From Mobula birostris (lineage: Eukaryota), in assembly GCF_030028105.1 (NCBI RefSeq), contig NC_092377.1, forward strand, positions 88,256,569-88,320,568: 64,000 nucleotides of DNA, read 5' to 3'. Shown here one piece after another: positions 38,595-51,503 of this stretch. The notes beneath the pieces are model-generated. The model ran no database searches. It was not told where the DNA came from and saw nothing but the letters and a program-made list of their open reading frames with translations. The stretch's first letter is position 1. Every line of letters starts with the position of its first letter. The position numbers and the translations under genes were made by a program.

Positions 38595-40825
38595 AGTTCA
38601 AAGTAAACTTATTATTAAAATATATATATGTCACCATCTACAACCCTGAGATTCATCTTATTGAGTATGCCTGCAAGAAATCACAAATAGAATAATGACC
38701 ATATTAGAATCAGTGAAAGACCACCCTAACTTTCATGTTCAACCAACAGGCAAAAGACGGCAATCTGTGCAAATCCAAAAAGAATGGAATAATATTAATA
38801 AGTAAATATCGAGAACATGAGATGAAGAGTCCTTGAAAATGAGTCCACAGGTTGTGAGAATATTTCAATGATGGGGCAAGTGAAGTTGAGTGACGTTATC
38901 CCCCTTGGTTCTAGAGCCTGATGGTTGAGGGATAATAACTGTTCTTGAATCTGGTAGTGTGAGTCCTGAGGCTCCTGTACCTTCTTCCTGATGGCAACAG
39001 CGAGAAGAGAGCATGGCCTGGGTGGTGGGGATCCTTGATGATGGATGTTGCATTCCTTTTCCTGAAGTCAATAATCAGTTTTAATTCTTACTGACATTGA
39101 GTAAAGTTGTTGTTGTGGCACCACTCAGCCAGATTTTCCACTTCCCTCCTATTTGCTGATTCATCACTAACTTTGATTCGGCCTATGACAGTGGTGTCAT
39201 CAGCAAACTTAAATGTGGCATTGGAGCTGTGCTTAGCCTCACAGTCAGAAGTGTAAAGCGAGTAGAGCAGGGGGCCATGCACACAGCCCTGTGGTGCATC
39301 TTCCTGATGGAGACTGTGGAGGAGATGTTGTTGCCAATCCAAATTGACTGGGGTCTGCAAGTGATGAACTCGAGGATCCAGTTGCACAGGGAGGTATTGA
39401 GGCCAGGGTCTTGAAGCTTTTGATTAGTTTTGAGGGGATGATGGCATTGGATGCTGAGCCGTAGTCAACAAAGAGCATCCTGATGTATGCATTTTTGCTG
39501 TCCAGATGTTCCAGGGTTGAGTGAAGAGCCAATGAAATGGCATCTACTGTGGACCTAGTTGCTCTGGTAAGTAAGTTGCAGCAGATCCAAGTCGCTTCTC
39601 AGATAGGAGTTGCTGTTTCATCATCAACATCTGAAAACACTTCATCACTGTAGATGCAAGTGCTACTGGATGATGGTCATTGAGACAGGATGCCACATTC
39701 TTCTGAAACACCAACATAAGTGAAGTCTGCTAAGTCTGCTTGAAGCAGGTGGGTACCTCAGATTGCCAAAGCGAGAGGCTAAAGATCTCAGTGAACACTC
39801 CAGCCAGATGATTAGCACAGGTCTTTAGTACTTGGCCATGTACCCTGTCTGGGCCAGATACTTTTTGTGGTTTCATCTTCCGGAAGGCTGCTCACACGTT
39901 AGCCTCAGAGACTAAAATCACAGGATCGTCGGGGACTGTGGGAGTTTGTGATGGTTCCTCCATGTTTTGATGGTCAAAGTGAGCATGGAAGGCATTGAGC
40001 TCATCTTGAAGTGAAACCCTGTTGTCACCTATGCTGCTTGATTTAACTTTATCAGAGTTGATAGTATTCAAGCCCTGCCATAACTAGCAAGTATCCTTCG
40101 TTGATTCAAGTTTAGAACACACTTTGCCCTTGAGATAACTTTCTGGAGATCGTACCTGAACCTATTGTAACTTTCTTGGGCACCAGACTTAAAGGCCTCT
40201 GATTTGGCTCTCAGCAGATTGCGGATCGTATCTTTCATCCAGAGGTTTTGGTTGGGGAAGACTGAGTGATTTTGTGGGGACACACTCATCCACAACTCTT
40301 AATATAGACATCTGTCAGTCTCATGAGACCATGGATTTGTGCCTTGGAAGGTTTCCAGGGCGCAGGCCTGGGCGAGGTTGTATGGAAGACCAGCAGTTGC
40401 CCATGCTGCAAGTCTCCCCTCTCCATGACACCAATGTTGTCCAAGGGAAGGGCACTAGGACCCATACAGCTTGGCACCGGTGTCATTGCAGAGCAATGTG
40501 TGATTAGGTGCCTTGCTCAAGGACACACACGCTGCCTCAGCCAAGGCTTGAACTAGCGACCTTCAAATCACTAGACAAACGCCTTAACCACTTGGCCACG
40601 CGCCAACACAACTGTTAATAAAGTCCATGACAACTGAAGTGTATTCATTCAGATCACAGATGACTCCTTGAACATGGCCCAGTCCACTGACTCATAGCCA
40701 CTCCTCTGCCTTTCATGGCTACCTCTTTGTTGTCCTAATTTCTTGAGCTTTGCTCTTTAGCCTCTGCCTGTAGGAGAAGGATTGCCAAGTGATCAGATAG
40801 CCTGAAGTGCAGTCTGGGCATGGAG
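38595..40825 (-). mobile_element. Rex1/Babar LINE, degraded
   Basis: [30 protein letters not shown]; SDH motif near 40790. Confidence 0.85.
40305..40606 (-). mobile_element. tRNA-derived SINE with CORE-like domain
   Basis: A box TGGCCAAGTGG, B box GTTCAAGCC, GTGTCCTTGAGCAAGGCAC; TSD CACAACT(C/G)TTAATA at 40291-40304 and 40607-40620. Confidence 0.8.
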
Positions 40826-43029
40826 CCTTCCTTCGTCAAAAACAGGTAGATCAACAATTTATTTAATGCGTAGAAGGATGTGGAATTAATTTCAAGAAGT
40901 ACCCTTAAATGCTTTAAATACCATAATTGACTTGGTTGTGGCAACCCTGCATGACAAAGTTGAAAATGTAAGTTCCTTCATGGAATCTCCCAATTATTGA
41001 GCATGGCACAGGGTGTGGTAGAGGTTTCTCTTTCCAAGCAGCTTCTGTCCACTATTTAGGATGAACAGAAAAAGTTCTACAGCACTCCAGAGGATGGATC
41101 ATTCTGCAGCTGTTACCTCATTGTTTTGGAGGCCATGTTTTAGTACAAAAATTAGCAACTGCATTTCCCACATTACAACAGTGATCACACACACTGATTC
41201 ATGACTATGAAGTTCTTCAAAACATTCCAAACTGTCATTGTTTCCTGAGGTATATATATGTGAAAAGAAGTAATATTAAAAGGCTTGTTGAATTTGGGTT
41301 TATGTCTCAGCTTGACTGTAAGTTGTTACAGAACAATCTTTGGGGAAGTGGAAATCCTCACAACTACCTGGGGGGGGCGGTTGTGATCATGAAATGCAGT
41401 TGCACTAGCACACCTGGAGATGGCAGTATCTGAACACTGCTCGCTTTTGTCATACTGGACACGCCCTTAGACAAACTGGTGCGATTAAACAACTTTGATC
41501 AATGAGATACATGCATCTTGTTGGGGATGGTCATACTGGGATTCCACATCACTCGGAGAGCTGATCATGTGAACGTAGAAGTCTGAAACTATCTGTCAGG
41601 GGGCTCCAGAATGCTGAGTTTCCCACCATAATGTTGGAATAAGTTACTGGAGCCAGGACTCCAGTACTCTGCTCTGTATTTTGGGTCCCATTTGTGCTGG
41701 GCTAAGGTCTAACTGTTTTATGTGGAGTGCCGTTTGAACATAGAACTAGAGAAAAGAATTGGATTTACTACTAGTGTCAGCTCTCTGAAAGAGACATCTA
41801 ATCCATTCTACATGCCCCAACCCTATAACATTTCCTTTCCATCTTATATACTCTTTTTAAAACTTATTACAGATCAAGACAACACCACTGAATAAAATAA
41901 TCTTATTTCTCTCCTGTAGTTTTTTGTCAAAGTGACTTAAAAAAATTATGCTGGAAATTTGATTCTCTTTCCACAGATCTGCCGTGTATTTACAGCTTTT
42001 TTTTGTTTTCATTTTCAATTCAATTCCTCTGGTCACTAACTGTCTTTCCAGCAGATGTGTTCTTACAGTTTTCTCTATCAAAAACTTAAATAAGTTATAA
42101 CCTCTTATTAAACTTCCCTGCTTCGAGGAGGATAATGCTAGCTTGTTCAGCTGCCACATATCTTCTCAGGTAGATGGGTGACTTGCTTCCATTCCAGTCT
42201 GTGGGCTCTGATGTGGCAACTGAAGGACACTTTTCATATAGCTCAAACTAGAGAAAGTTTTTCAAATGCCCTGATTTTAAAGTTAGAGGGTTTGCCATTA
42301 GTTGAATATTCTCTTGAGGGTTTAGATTTAGAATTTTTGTTTTTGGGTGAGGAAGATTGTTGAAAGTACAAGCAGATGGCCCACTTTAAGTGAGAGAAGC
42401 AGGGAAACAGCTGTGTACCTTACTACCAGCCAGTTTTGAAGAATTACAAAATTAACAGCGTCAAGATTTGGAAGGATATGTGAAGTTGGGCAGTGTGTGT
42501 AAATTAGAATAGGAAATTAAGAGCCTGGAATGGGCTGAGAGAAACAAAGAAAGGCAAAGAATGATAAAAACAAGAAAGAGACAGAAAAGTAATTTTTTTC
42601 CCGGCATTTTTATTACTTAAATCTCCAACAGTTGGCTATTGAAGGGATGACATATTTCACTTATATAGAGGCATTATCAGTGCTCTAAAGTTTGGTTAGC
42701 AGCAATAAGCATTACGCATGCCACTGAAAGGTTACATGTGAAATATTTCTGTGCTTAGTTTTTGTCTACTGTGCAAAAACTGGAATTTTATAACTTCCTG
42801 TGCATTCGAACAGAAAGAAAACTTTTGTTCTTAAAAAAATTATGGCAGAACAAGAACAAGAGGAGAACAATTTTCATAGACTGGGCTTTAAGTGCCTTTA
42901 ATCTATAGTTGGCATATCATTTACACCATTAATTGTTCAGCAAAATTCCACACAAAATATTTGTAAGAGACTAACCATTTTCCCTTCAAGACAGCACTCG
43001 ACACATTGTATCCTTGATCAACATTACAC

Positions 43030-44124
43030 TGTCACGCACTGTTGAGCTTGAGCGCACGTGAGGTCATTACCCACGCGTCATCCATGTCAGCACGGGAAGG
43101 AGATCAACTCCTCGAGCTTGCAAATGACGGTGGGCTGAAAAGCATGTTTGACATAACATCTCTGCCAGCATTCTAGATCAAAGTCAAGGCTAAATACCCT
43201 GAGATAGTCACGAAAGCACTGAAAACGTTGCTTCCATTTCCAACATATCTCTGCAATGAATGCAATGAAAACTAAATTGCGGAATAGACTGGACATAAGG
43301 AACCCCTTTCGAGTATCGCTGTCTCCCATCACCCCTCGATACGACCGTGTTGTTGCAGGGAACAAGTATTCAGCCCCGGGCTCCCACTGATTCACCGATA
43401 TTGGTGTGTTGCAATGATTTTATATGTTCATACGGGGAAAATATGTGCTGTGTGTTTAATATCCAAACGTTACTTAAAATGTTATGATGCTATTGACTTA
43501 TAAGTGACTTACATAACCATATAGCAATTACGGCACGGAAACAGGCCATCTTTGCCCTTCTAGTCCGTGCCGAACGCTACTCTCACCTAGTCCCACCGAC
43601 CTGCACTCAGCCCATAACCCTTCATTCCTTTCCTGTCCATATACCTATCCAATTTTTCTTTAAATGATAATATCGAACCTGCCTCTACCACTCCTACTGG
43701 AAGTTCGTTCAACACTTACTTCAAGCTCCCCTGTCCTTCCCTGATAATTGACTTATCACTATATTCATGCGAGGAAAATATGCGCTGTGTTTAATATTAA
43801 ATTCATTAGATAAACCCTTTTAGAAACGAGATTGAGTGTATTAGCCACTTATCACCTATATTCTGGTCGTGATTACCACCCGCCCCCTGAACAGAATCAC
43901 CAAAAACGATTTGTAGGAAAAAAATCAGCAAGTACAGGCATGCGCAGTGGTGCCCGCGCAAGGCTTCATGGTCATTGTAGTCTTTCTCGGGGTAAACACA
44001 ACGTATTTGACTGCTACTCTTGTCCATTGGCAACCCTACCCGCGCCCCCCCCGGATCGGCCAGTCCACAAGAATATTGTCAATATTAAACCGGTCTGCGT
44101 TGCAAAAAAGGTTGGGTACCCCTG
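43030..44124 (+). mobile_element. hAT (Buster/Charlie) DNA transposon remnant with nested SINE/CR1-tail fragment (~43525-43705)
   Basis: C-terminal dimerisation region SLPAF*IKVKAKYPEI..KALKTLLPFPT..TKLRNRLD; right TIR AAAAAGGTTGGGTACCCCTG followed by GTCTAGTT (nnnTAnnn); left TIR not seen. Confidence 0.8.
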
Positions 44125-44129
44125 GTCTA

Positions 44130-44862
44130 GTTCAAAGTAAATTTATTATCAAGGTACATATATGTCACCATATACAATCCTGAGATTCATTTTCTTGCAG
44201 GCTTACTCAAGAAATCCTATAGTGTAACCATAATAGAATCAGTGAAAGACCACACCATCAGGGTGGACAACCAGCATGCAAAAGACAATAAACTGTGCAA
44301 ATACAAAAAAAAGGAAAAAAAGAAATAATAATAATAAATTAGCAATAAATATCAAGAACATGAGTCATTGAAAGTGAGTCCACAGGTTGTGGAAACAGTT
44401 CAGTGATGGGGCAAGTGAAGATGAGTGACGTTACCCCCCCCCCCCCCCCCCGGTTCAAGAGCCTGGTTAAGGGATAGTAACTGTTCCTGAACCTGGTGGT
44501 GTGAGTCCTTTGGCTCCTGGCCCTTCTTCCTGATGGCAACAGTGAGAAGAGAGCATGATTTGGGTTGTTGTGGGTTGCTGATGATGGATGTTGCTTTCCT
44601 GAGACAGTGCTTCACGTAGGTGTACTTAATGGTGGGGAGGGTTTACCTGTGATGGACTGGACCGTATCTGCTACTTTTTGTAAGAATTCAAAGTTGCTGA
44701 CCTTCTCCACCTCTAATCTTCGGATGAGGATTGGCTCCCGTTTCCTCCTCCTGAAGTCAATAATCAGCTCCTTGGTCTTGCTGACATTGAGCGAGAGGTG
44801 GTTGTTATGGCATCACTCGGCCAGATTTTCAATCTCTCTTCTATATGCTGCTACATCACCAT
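44130..44862 (-). mobile_element. Rex1/Babar LINE 3' part with deletion
   Basis: PSGRRARSQRTHTTRFRNSYYP; 3' UTR motif. Confidence 0.8.
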
Positions 44863-45887
44863 CTAGTACCGCAGCTTCACACCACTGCAGAGAGGACTCC
44901 TGATGAGATCAGACCAACAAAATCCCTGTCTCTGTACTCGTGACGTGATGTGAACACCGCCTTCAGAGTAGAGCCTAATGTTGGGCATAATGGAGAGTTA
45001 TGGTTTAATAACTATATTGGCATATCATTGGACAAGGTGCCCGATGCAATAAATATTGAAGTAGAGTAACACTTGTGCAAAGAGAGAAGTAAATTGGAGG
45101 ACAGTTGTCATGAATTGTTAGCTTGAGAAAGCACAGTCATAAACATTGACAGAGGGATCAATTAGGCATGGTATAATAAAGCTTTCAAAGGTTCTTGAAA
45201 TGATCCAGAAATAAATGGAACAAATAACAGCAGGTCAGGCAGCAGCTGGAGATGGAAGTGAACAGTCGACATTCATTTATTTATTCAGATACAGTGTAGA
45301 ATAGGCCCTTCCAGCTCTTTGAGCCACGTCACCCAGCAATCCCCCGATTTAATCCTAGCCTAATCATGGGACGATTTATAATGACCAATTAACCTACCTA
45401 CTGGTACGTTGACGTCTTTGGACTGTGGGAAGAAACTGGAGTATCTGGTGGGAATTCCCTTACAGCAGGCACCTGTGTCACCTGCACTGCAAGGCGCTGT
45501 GTTAACCGCTACGCTACCGTGCCTTTCCGATCGAGCATCTTCATAGATCCCAAGTATTTAAGAACCAGAAACCGGAGAAGACCTGACAGGCGCTCTGGCC
45601 TGCACCAGCCTTCAATAGATTCACAGCTGCTCCTCTGTGTTAAATCCATATTCTGACTGATCTCTACCCTTGTGTGTATTAACTCATTGATCTCAGATTT
45701 AAATGTATGCCATGGCAAAGTATTCATAACTCACTGCAGCAGAAAAATCCAAAGAATTGCACCATCAGACTATGAATAAATTCTGCTTATCACAGCTCTA
45801 ACTGGCCAACACCTCTTTCGTTTGTCCCCTAGTTCTTTCTTCTCACTTTTAAGGGAAAAAGAAAGCCTTCTACTGTCTTCTCAGTCT

Positions 45888-46240
45888 TATGAGGGGTATA
45901 GAGAGGGTAGATGCAATCAGGCTTTTCCCACTGAGGTTGGGTGGGACTACAACCAGAGGTCACAGGTTAAGGGTGAAAGGTGAGAAGTTTAAGGGGATCA
46001 TGAGGGAAAGTTTCTTCACTCAGAGGATCATGAGAGTGTGGAATGAGCTGCCAGCACAAGTGGTGCATGTGGACTTGATTTCAACATTGAAGAGAAGTTT
46101 GGATAGGTACATGGATAGTAGGGATATGGAGGGTTACAGTCCCAGTGCAGGTTGATGGGAGTAGGCAGTTTAAATGGTTTGGCATGGACTAGATGGGCTG
46201 AAGGGCCTGTTTCTGTGCTGTACTTGTCTCTGTCTCCATG
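45888..46240 (+). mobile_element. CR1 LINE 3' end
   Basis: MRGIERVDAIRLFP...FFTQRIMRVWNELP. Confidence 0.85.
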
Positions 46241-47118
46241 ACTCCCATTTAGAGCTTTATATGCTTCAATGAAATAGTCTTCTGTTCTTCCAGTCTCTAG
46301 TTTTACACTAACCCTACACAAACTTGTTTTCAACGTTATTCCCAGAAATCAGTCCAGCGGATCTAAGTTGGCAGTATAAGCTTTATTCAATACTGAGACC
46401 TATAGGGCACAAAAGCTCACCCAAACACTGTAGAATTACCCTAACCTCTTATTCACCCACACCGAACCTCTTCCAATAGAAGTCACAGAGGAGTTTGTAC
46501 GTTCCCTCTGTGACCACGTGGGTTTCTTCTGGGCCCTCTGGTTTCCTCCCACAGTCCCAGATGAACCGGTTGGCAGGTGAATTGGTCACATGGGTGTAAC
46601 TGGGCGGGATGGACTCGTTGGGCCGGAAGGACCTGTTTCATGCTGTATCTCCAAATTAAATTGCTGTCTCTATATTTAACTAGTGGTTCATGAACCCGGC
46701 TGCCACGATGGCAAGATCACGAAGCCACGGATAGACAAACTCAGATGCGTAAAGGGGGTGATTTACCTAAGTTAGTCGTAGAGTGGTTTCTCCTTTGTCA
46801 GAAATAAGCAGCTTGCTCAGCTTCATTACTTGAATACTGCTTACATGAAGCAAGTCATTGTGAACCGAAGATGAAGGCTGACCTGTAGTTGACCACACAG
46901 CTGGCTATTCTGGAGGGCAATTTAGAAAGCACTTAATAATTCCAAGGGTAACGGAAATAAGGAAACTGGACAATCAGTTTCAGCTTCTGCAGCCATTGCC
47001 ACTCCAGTAACACGATCTCCACCATCACCCCAGCAATCAACCTGCCAGATTTTCACCATCGGGATGGAGGTGTACGGAACAAGAGTAGATAAAGAGAGCA
47101 GAGATCTCCTTGCCATAG

Positions 47119-47298
47119 ATTGGTGGATCAGGCTCCACAAGCATGGTGAATCCTTGGATAACTTGGGCTGTAGATGGTTCTGATCCTGGACGTGCTGGAT
47201 CTGGAGGGGAAGTGGGTCATTCTGCGCTTGCCACCCCCAAATCCACTGGAGAATGTGATGTGCAGAGTTCCCCTCCTCCGGTCTCGGGGAGGAACCAG
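47119..47298 (+). other. Orphan exon candidate (180 nt, open frame)
   Basis: CTCCTTGCCATAG acceptor, CAG|GTACGT donor, AGCATGG Kozak context at 47143; product not recognised. Confidence 0.3.
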
Positions 47299-47504
47299 GT
47301 ACGTGCTGCGCACGGCGCCAGTGGGTCGAGGCGTGCAGGCATGTTGGCCGGCAGCAGATTGTTACAATTCTCTCCTTGGCAACTGAGAGGTGCTGGTGCT
47401 GCTGGAGGGGGACCTGGGATCTCTTGTCCCTGGCCTGGCCTGGCCCATGAGACCCTGTGACCCCCCCCCCCGTTTACGTCACTCCTGTGTCCCTGTGACC
47501 CCGT

Positions 47505-47970
47505 TACTTACTTACTGCTTGTTACATTGCAGATGTTTAGGGCTGCAATGAGGGTCTTCCATCTCTGCTGGTTTTCAAGGCTTCCTTCACCATGTCAGTA
47601 GCTTCCTCTTGGATTTCACTCATGCCGCTCCCAGGTAGAGACTCAGATGGGTAAAATAAGATTGTGACTGAAACAGCAATGAAGAATTCTTCTACATCAT
47701 TACATTTGGATGTAGAAGAATTCTTCATTGCTATTTCCCTAACAATCTTGTTTTACCGGTCAGAGTTTTTAACCTTGAGCTGAAGCCCCGAACCTGAAGT
47801 ACCTGTGGACCACTCTTAGTCCGGCCTCTACCCTTTGACCTGTTTGCCATGGGTGACCCAACCAAGACAGCCAAAGCATAAGGCCCAAACTCCAGCCAGC
47901 ACAACTCTCTGGATCATCGAGGCACGCAAACCTCCAAACCACGACAAGGTTGTGGTCCCCTTGGAGGAAT
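47505..47970 (-). mobile_element. RTE-related non-autonomous retroposon
   Basis: (TAAG)n tail at the left end; RTE-type 5' segment; family assignment is tentative. Confidence 0.5.
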
Positions 47971-48395
47971 GACCTGTTACCCCATGTTTACTCTGCTCCC
48001 CGTGTCCCAGTGACCCCGTCACCCTGGTTACTCTGCTCCCTGTGTCCCAGTGACCCCGTCACCCCCAGTTACTCTGCTCCCCGTGTCCCAGTGACCCCGT
48101 CAGCCCCGTTACTCTGTTCCTTGTGTCCCAGTGACTCTGGCTCCCTGTGTCCCAGTGACTCTGTCACCCCGGTTACTCTGCTCCCTGTGTCCCAGTGACC
48201 CCGTCACCCCCAGTTACTCTGCTCCCTGTGTCCCAGTGACTCTGTCACCCCGGTTACTCTGCTCCCTGTGTCCCAGTGACTCTGTCTCCCTGTGTCCCAG
48301 TGACTCTGTTACCCCATGTTTACTCTGCTCCCTGTGTCCCAGTGACCCTGTCACCCCCAGTTACTCTGCTCCCTGTGTCCCAGTGACTCTGTCCA
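47970..48395. repeat. Minisatellite, ~40-bp unit TTACTCTGCTCCCTGTGTCCCAGTGACCCCGTCACCCC
   Basis: About 10 tandem degenerate units, some shortened. Confidence 0.9.
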
Positions 48396-48777
48396 TTTAA
48401 ACGTCCAGCTCCATTTACAGCTGTCCATCAGTATTTTCACAAGCTAGTCCTTGGCAGTAGTAGGGTGATAATTTAGAGGCTGATAGTTGCGGCTGGGTGA
48501 ACTCTAGTTAACAATTCTAGTTGGACACATTTCTATTGCCTTTATCCTTTCCCTTTTCCCACCGACTATCCCCCCTCCCCTAGTTCCTGCCGACAATCAC
48601 TCAACTAACCTTTGGAACGTGTAAAATGGAAAATGGACAGATTCTGCTACTCAATAAGGAAATTATTGATATGATCAAAAGAGTTTGGTTTCTGTTGCTA
48701 TTATTTTTATAATCAATAAACAAAGATACTAACTGAGAATTAAAACAATAATACTTCAATTATTTTTCACCCAGGTT

Positions 48778-49040
48778 TTATCGAGGTGAGAAGACTGCAA
48801 TTAGCGGGGCACTGTCTATGCCCCCAAGCTACCTGCCAGCCTAATGATCATATGGGAGCCCAAGCATGGGAGGATGAACCCTGGGCATCCTCCTAAGACT
48901 ATGGTCAACACGCTCCTAGAAGACAGCAGTTCGGCTAACGTAGGTGAACTGAACACACTGATGAGGGAGAGGGAGAAGTGGAGAGTCCGTCATCGTGCCC
49001 AGTGCCGGCCCCGTAGGCCTGAGTCGATGTAGTAGTAGTA
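48778..49040 (+). mobile_element. RTE/RTEX-clade LINE 3' end
   Basis: RRLQLAGHC...IIWEPKHG...LMREREKWR; (GTA)n tail. Confidence 0.7.
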
Positions 49041-49059
49041 ATGTTCTGGGGATGAACCT

Positions 49060-51329
49060 TCAATTCCTACCTGCTGAACCATGTCTACACCCACCTGGAC
49101 AAGCCAGCGAGCACTGTGAGGGTCATGTTTTTTGACTTCTCCAGTGCGTTCAACACCATCCGCCCTGCTCTGCTGGGGGAGAAGCTGACAGCGATGCAGG
49201 TGGATGCTTCCCTGGTGTCATGGATTCTTGATTACCTGACTGGCAGACCACAGTACGTGTGCTTGCAACACTGTGTGTCCGACAGAGTGAACAGCAGAAC
49301 TGGGGCTCCACAGGGGACTGTCTTGTCTCCCTTTCTCTTCACCATTTACACCTCGGACTTCAACTACTGCACAGAGTCTTGTCATCTTCAGAAGTTTTCG
49401 GATGACTCTGCCATAGTTGGATGCATCAACAAGAGAGATGAGGCCGAGTACAGGGCTACAGTAGGAAACTTTGTCACATGGTGTGAGCAGAATTATCTGC
49501 AGCTTAATGTGAAAAAGACTAAGGAGCTGGTGGTAGACCTGAGAAGAGCTAAGGTACCGGTGACCCCTGTTTCCATCCAGGGGGTCAGTGTGGACATGGT
49601 GGAGGATTACAAATACCTGGGGATACAAATTGACAATAAACTGGACTGGTCAAAGAACACTGAGGCTGTCTACAAGAAGGGTCAGAGCCATCTCTATTTC
49701 CTGAGGAGACTGAGGTCCAATAACATCTGACGGATGATACTGAGGATGTTCTATGAGTCTGTGGTGGCCAGTGCTATCATGTTTGCTGTTGTGTGCTGGG
49801 GCAGCAGGCTGAGGGTAGCAGACACCAACAGAATCAACAAACTCATTTGTAAGGCCAGTGATGTTGTGGGGATGGAACTGGACTCTCTCACGGTGGTGTC
49901 TGAAAGGAGGATGCTGTCCAAGTTGCATGCCATAGAAACATATAAAATAGGTGCAGGAGTAGGCCATTCGGCCCTTCGAGCCTGCACCGCCATTTATTAT
50001 GATCATGGCTGATCATCCAACTCAGAACCCTGCACCAGCCCTCCCTCCATATCCCCTGATCCCCGTAGCCACAAGGGCCATATCTAACTCCCTCTTAAAT
50101 ATAGCCAATGAACCGGCTTCAACTGTTTCCTGTGGCAGAGAATTCCACAGATTCACCACTCTCTGTGTGAAGAAGTTTTTCCTAATCTCAGTCCTAAAAG
50201 GCTTCCCCTTTATCCTCAAACTGTGACCCCTCGTTCTGGATTTCCCCAACATCGGGAACAATCTTCCTGCATCTAGCCTGTCCAATCCCTTTAGGATTTT
50301 ATATGTTTCAATCAGATTCCCCCTCAATCTTCTAAATTCCAACCAGTACAAGCCCAGTTCATCCAGTCTTTCTTCATATGAAAGTCCTGCCATCCCAGGA
50401 ATCAATCTGGTGAACCTTCTTTGTACTCCCTCTATGGCAAGGATGTCTTTCCTCAGATTAGGGGACCAAAACTGCACACAATACTCCAGGTGTGGTCTCA
50501 CCAAGGCCTTGTACAACTGCAGTAGTACCTCCTTGCTCCTGTACTCGAATTCTCTCACTATAAATGCCAGCATACCATTCGCCTTTTTCACCGCCTGCTG
50601 TACCTGCATGCCCACTTTCAATGACTGGTGTATAATGACACCCAGGTCTCGTTGCACCTCCCCTTTTCCTAATCGGCCACCATTCAGATAATAATCTGTT
50701 TTCCTATTTTTGCCACCAAAGTGGATAACTTCACATTTATCCACATTAAATTGCATCTGCCATGAATTTGCCCACTCACCCAACCTAACCAAGTCACCCT
50801 GCATCCTCTTAGCATCCTCCTCACAGCTAACACTGCCGCCCAGCTTCGTGTCATTCACAAACTTGGAGATGCTGCATTTAATTCCCTCATCAAGTTATTA
50901 ATATATATTGTAAACAACTGGGGTCCCAGCACTGAGCCTTGCGGTACCCCACTAGTCACTGCCTGCCATTCTGAAAAGGTCCCGTTTATTCCCACTCTTT
51001 GCTTCCTGTCTGCTAACCAATTCTCTATCCACATCAATACCTTGGACAATGTCTCCCATCCACTACATAATGTACTGATTGGGCACAGGAGTACATTCAG
51101 CCAGAGACTCATTCCACCGAGATGCAACACAGAGCATCATAGGAAGTCATTCCTGCCTGTGGCCATCAAACTTTACAACTCCTCCCTTGGAGGGTCAGAC
51201 ACCCTGAGCCAATAGGCCGGTCCTGGACTTATTTCCTGGCATAATTTACATATTACTATTTAATTATTTATGGTGCAACTGTAACGAAAACCAATTTCCC
51301 TCGGGATCAATAAAGTATGACTATGACTA
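49060..51329 (+). mobile_element. Rex1/Babar LINE (RT to 3' end), interrupted by a CR1
   Basis: FDFSSAFNTI, GAPQGTVLSP, FSDD; resumes at 51041; (TATGAC)n tail. Confidence 0.9.
49934..51040 (-). mobile_element. Young CR1 3' fragment, same subfamily as 33231-35558
   Basis: Near-identical protein (ORF 50022-50858) and 3' UTR. Confidence 0.95.
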
Positions 51330-51421
51330 ATTGCTGGAGATTCCAGGTCTCGTTCAGCCACTTCCAGACTAGGATCAACCTGGAATCTCCAGCAAATGAA
51401 GGTTGCTGAAATGGTGACAGG

Positions 51422-51503
51422 CTGGGTTCGGAGGTTAAGTCAGGTGGAAGCTGGGTTCGGGGGTTAAGTCCGGTGGAAGCTGGGTTCAGAGGTTAAGTCC
51501 GGA
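51422..51503. repeat. Short tandem repeat, ~29 bp x3
   Basis: GCTGGGTTCGGAGGTTAAGTCAGGTGGAA units. Confidence 0.8.

Noticed and set aside
47950-48400. Cys/Pro-rich ORFs
   Set aside because: Translations of a minisatellite
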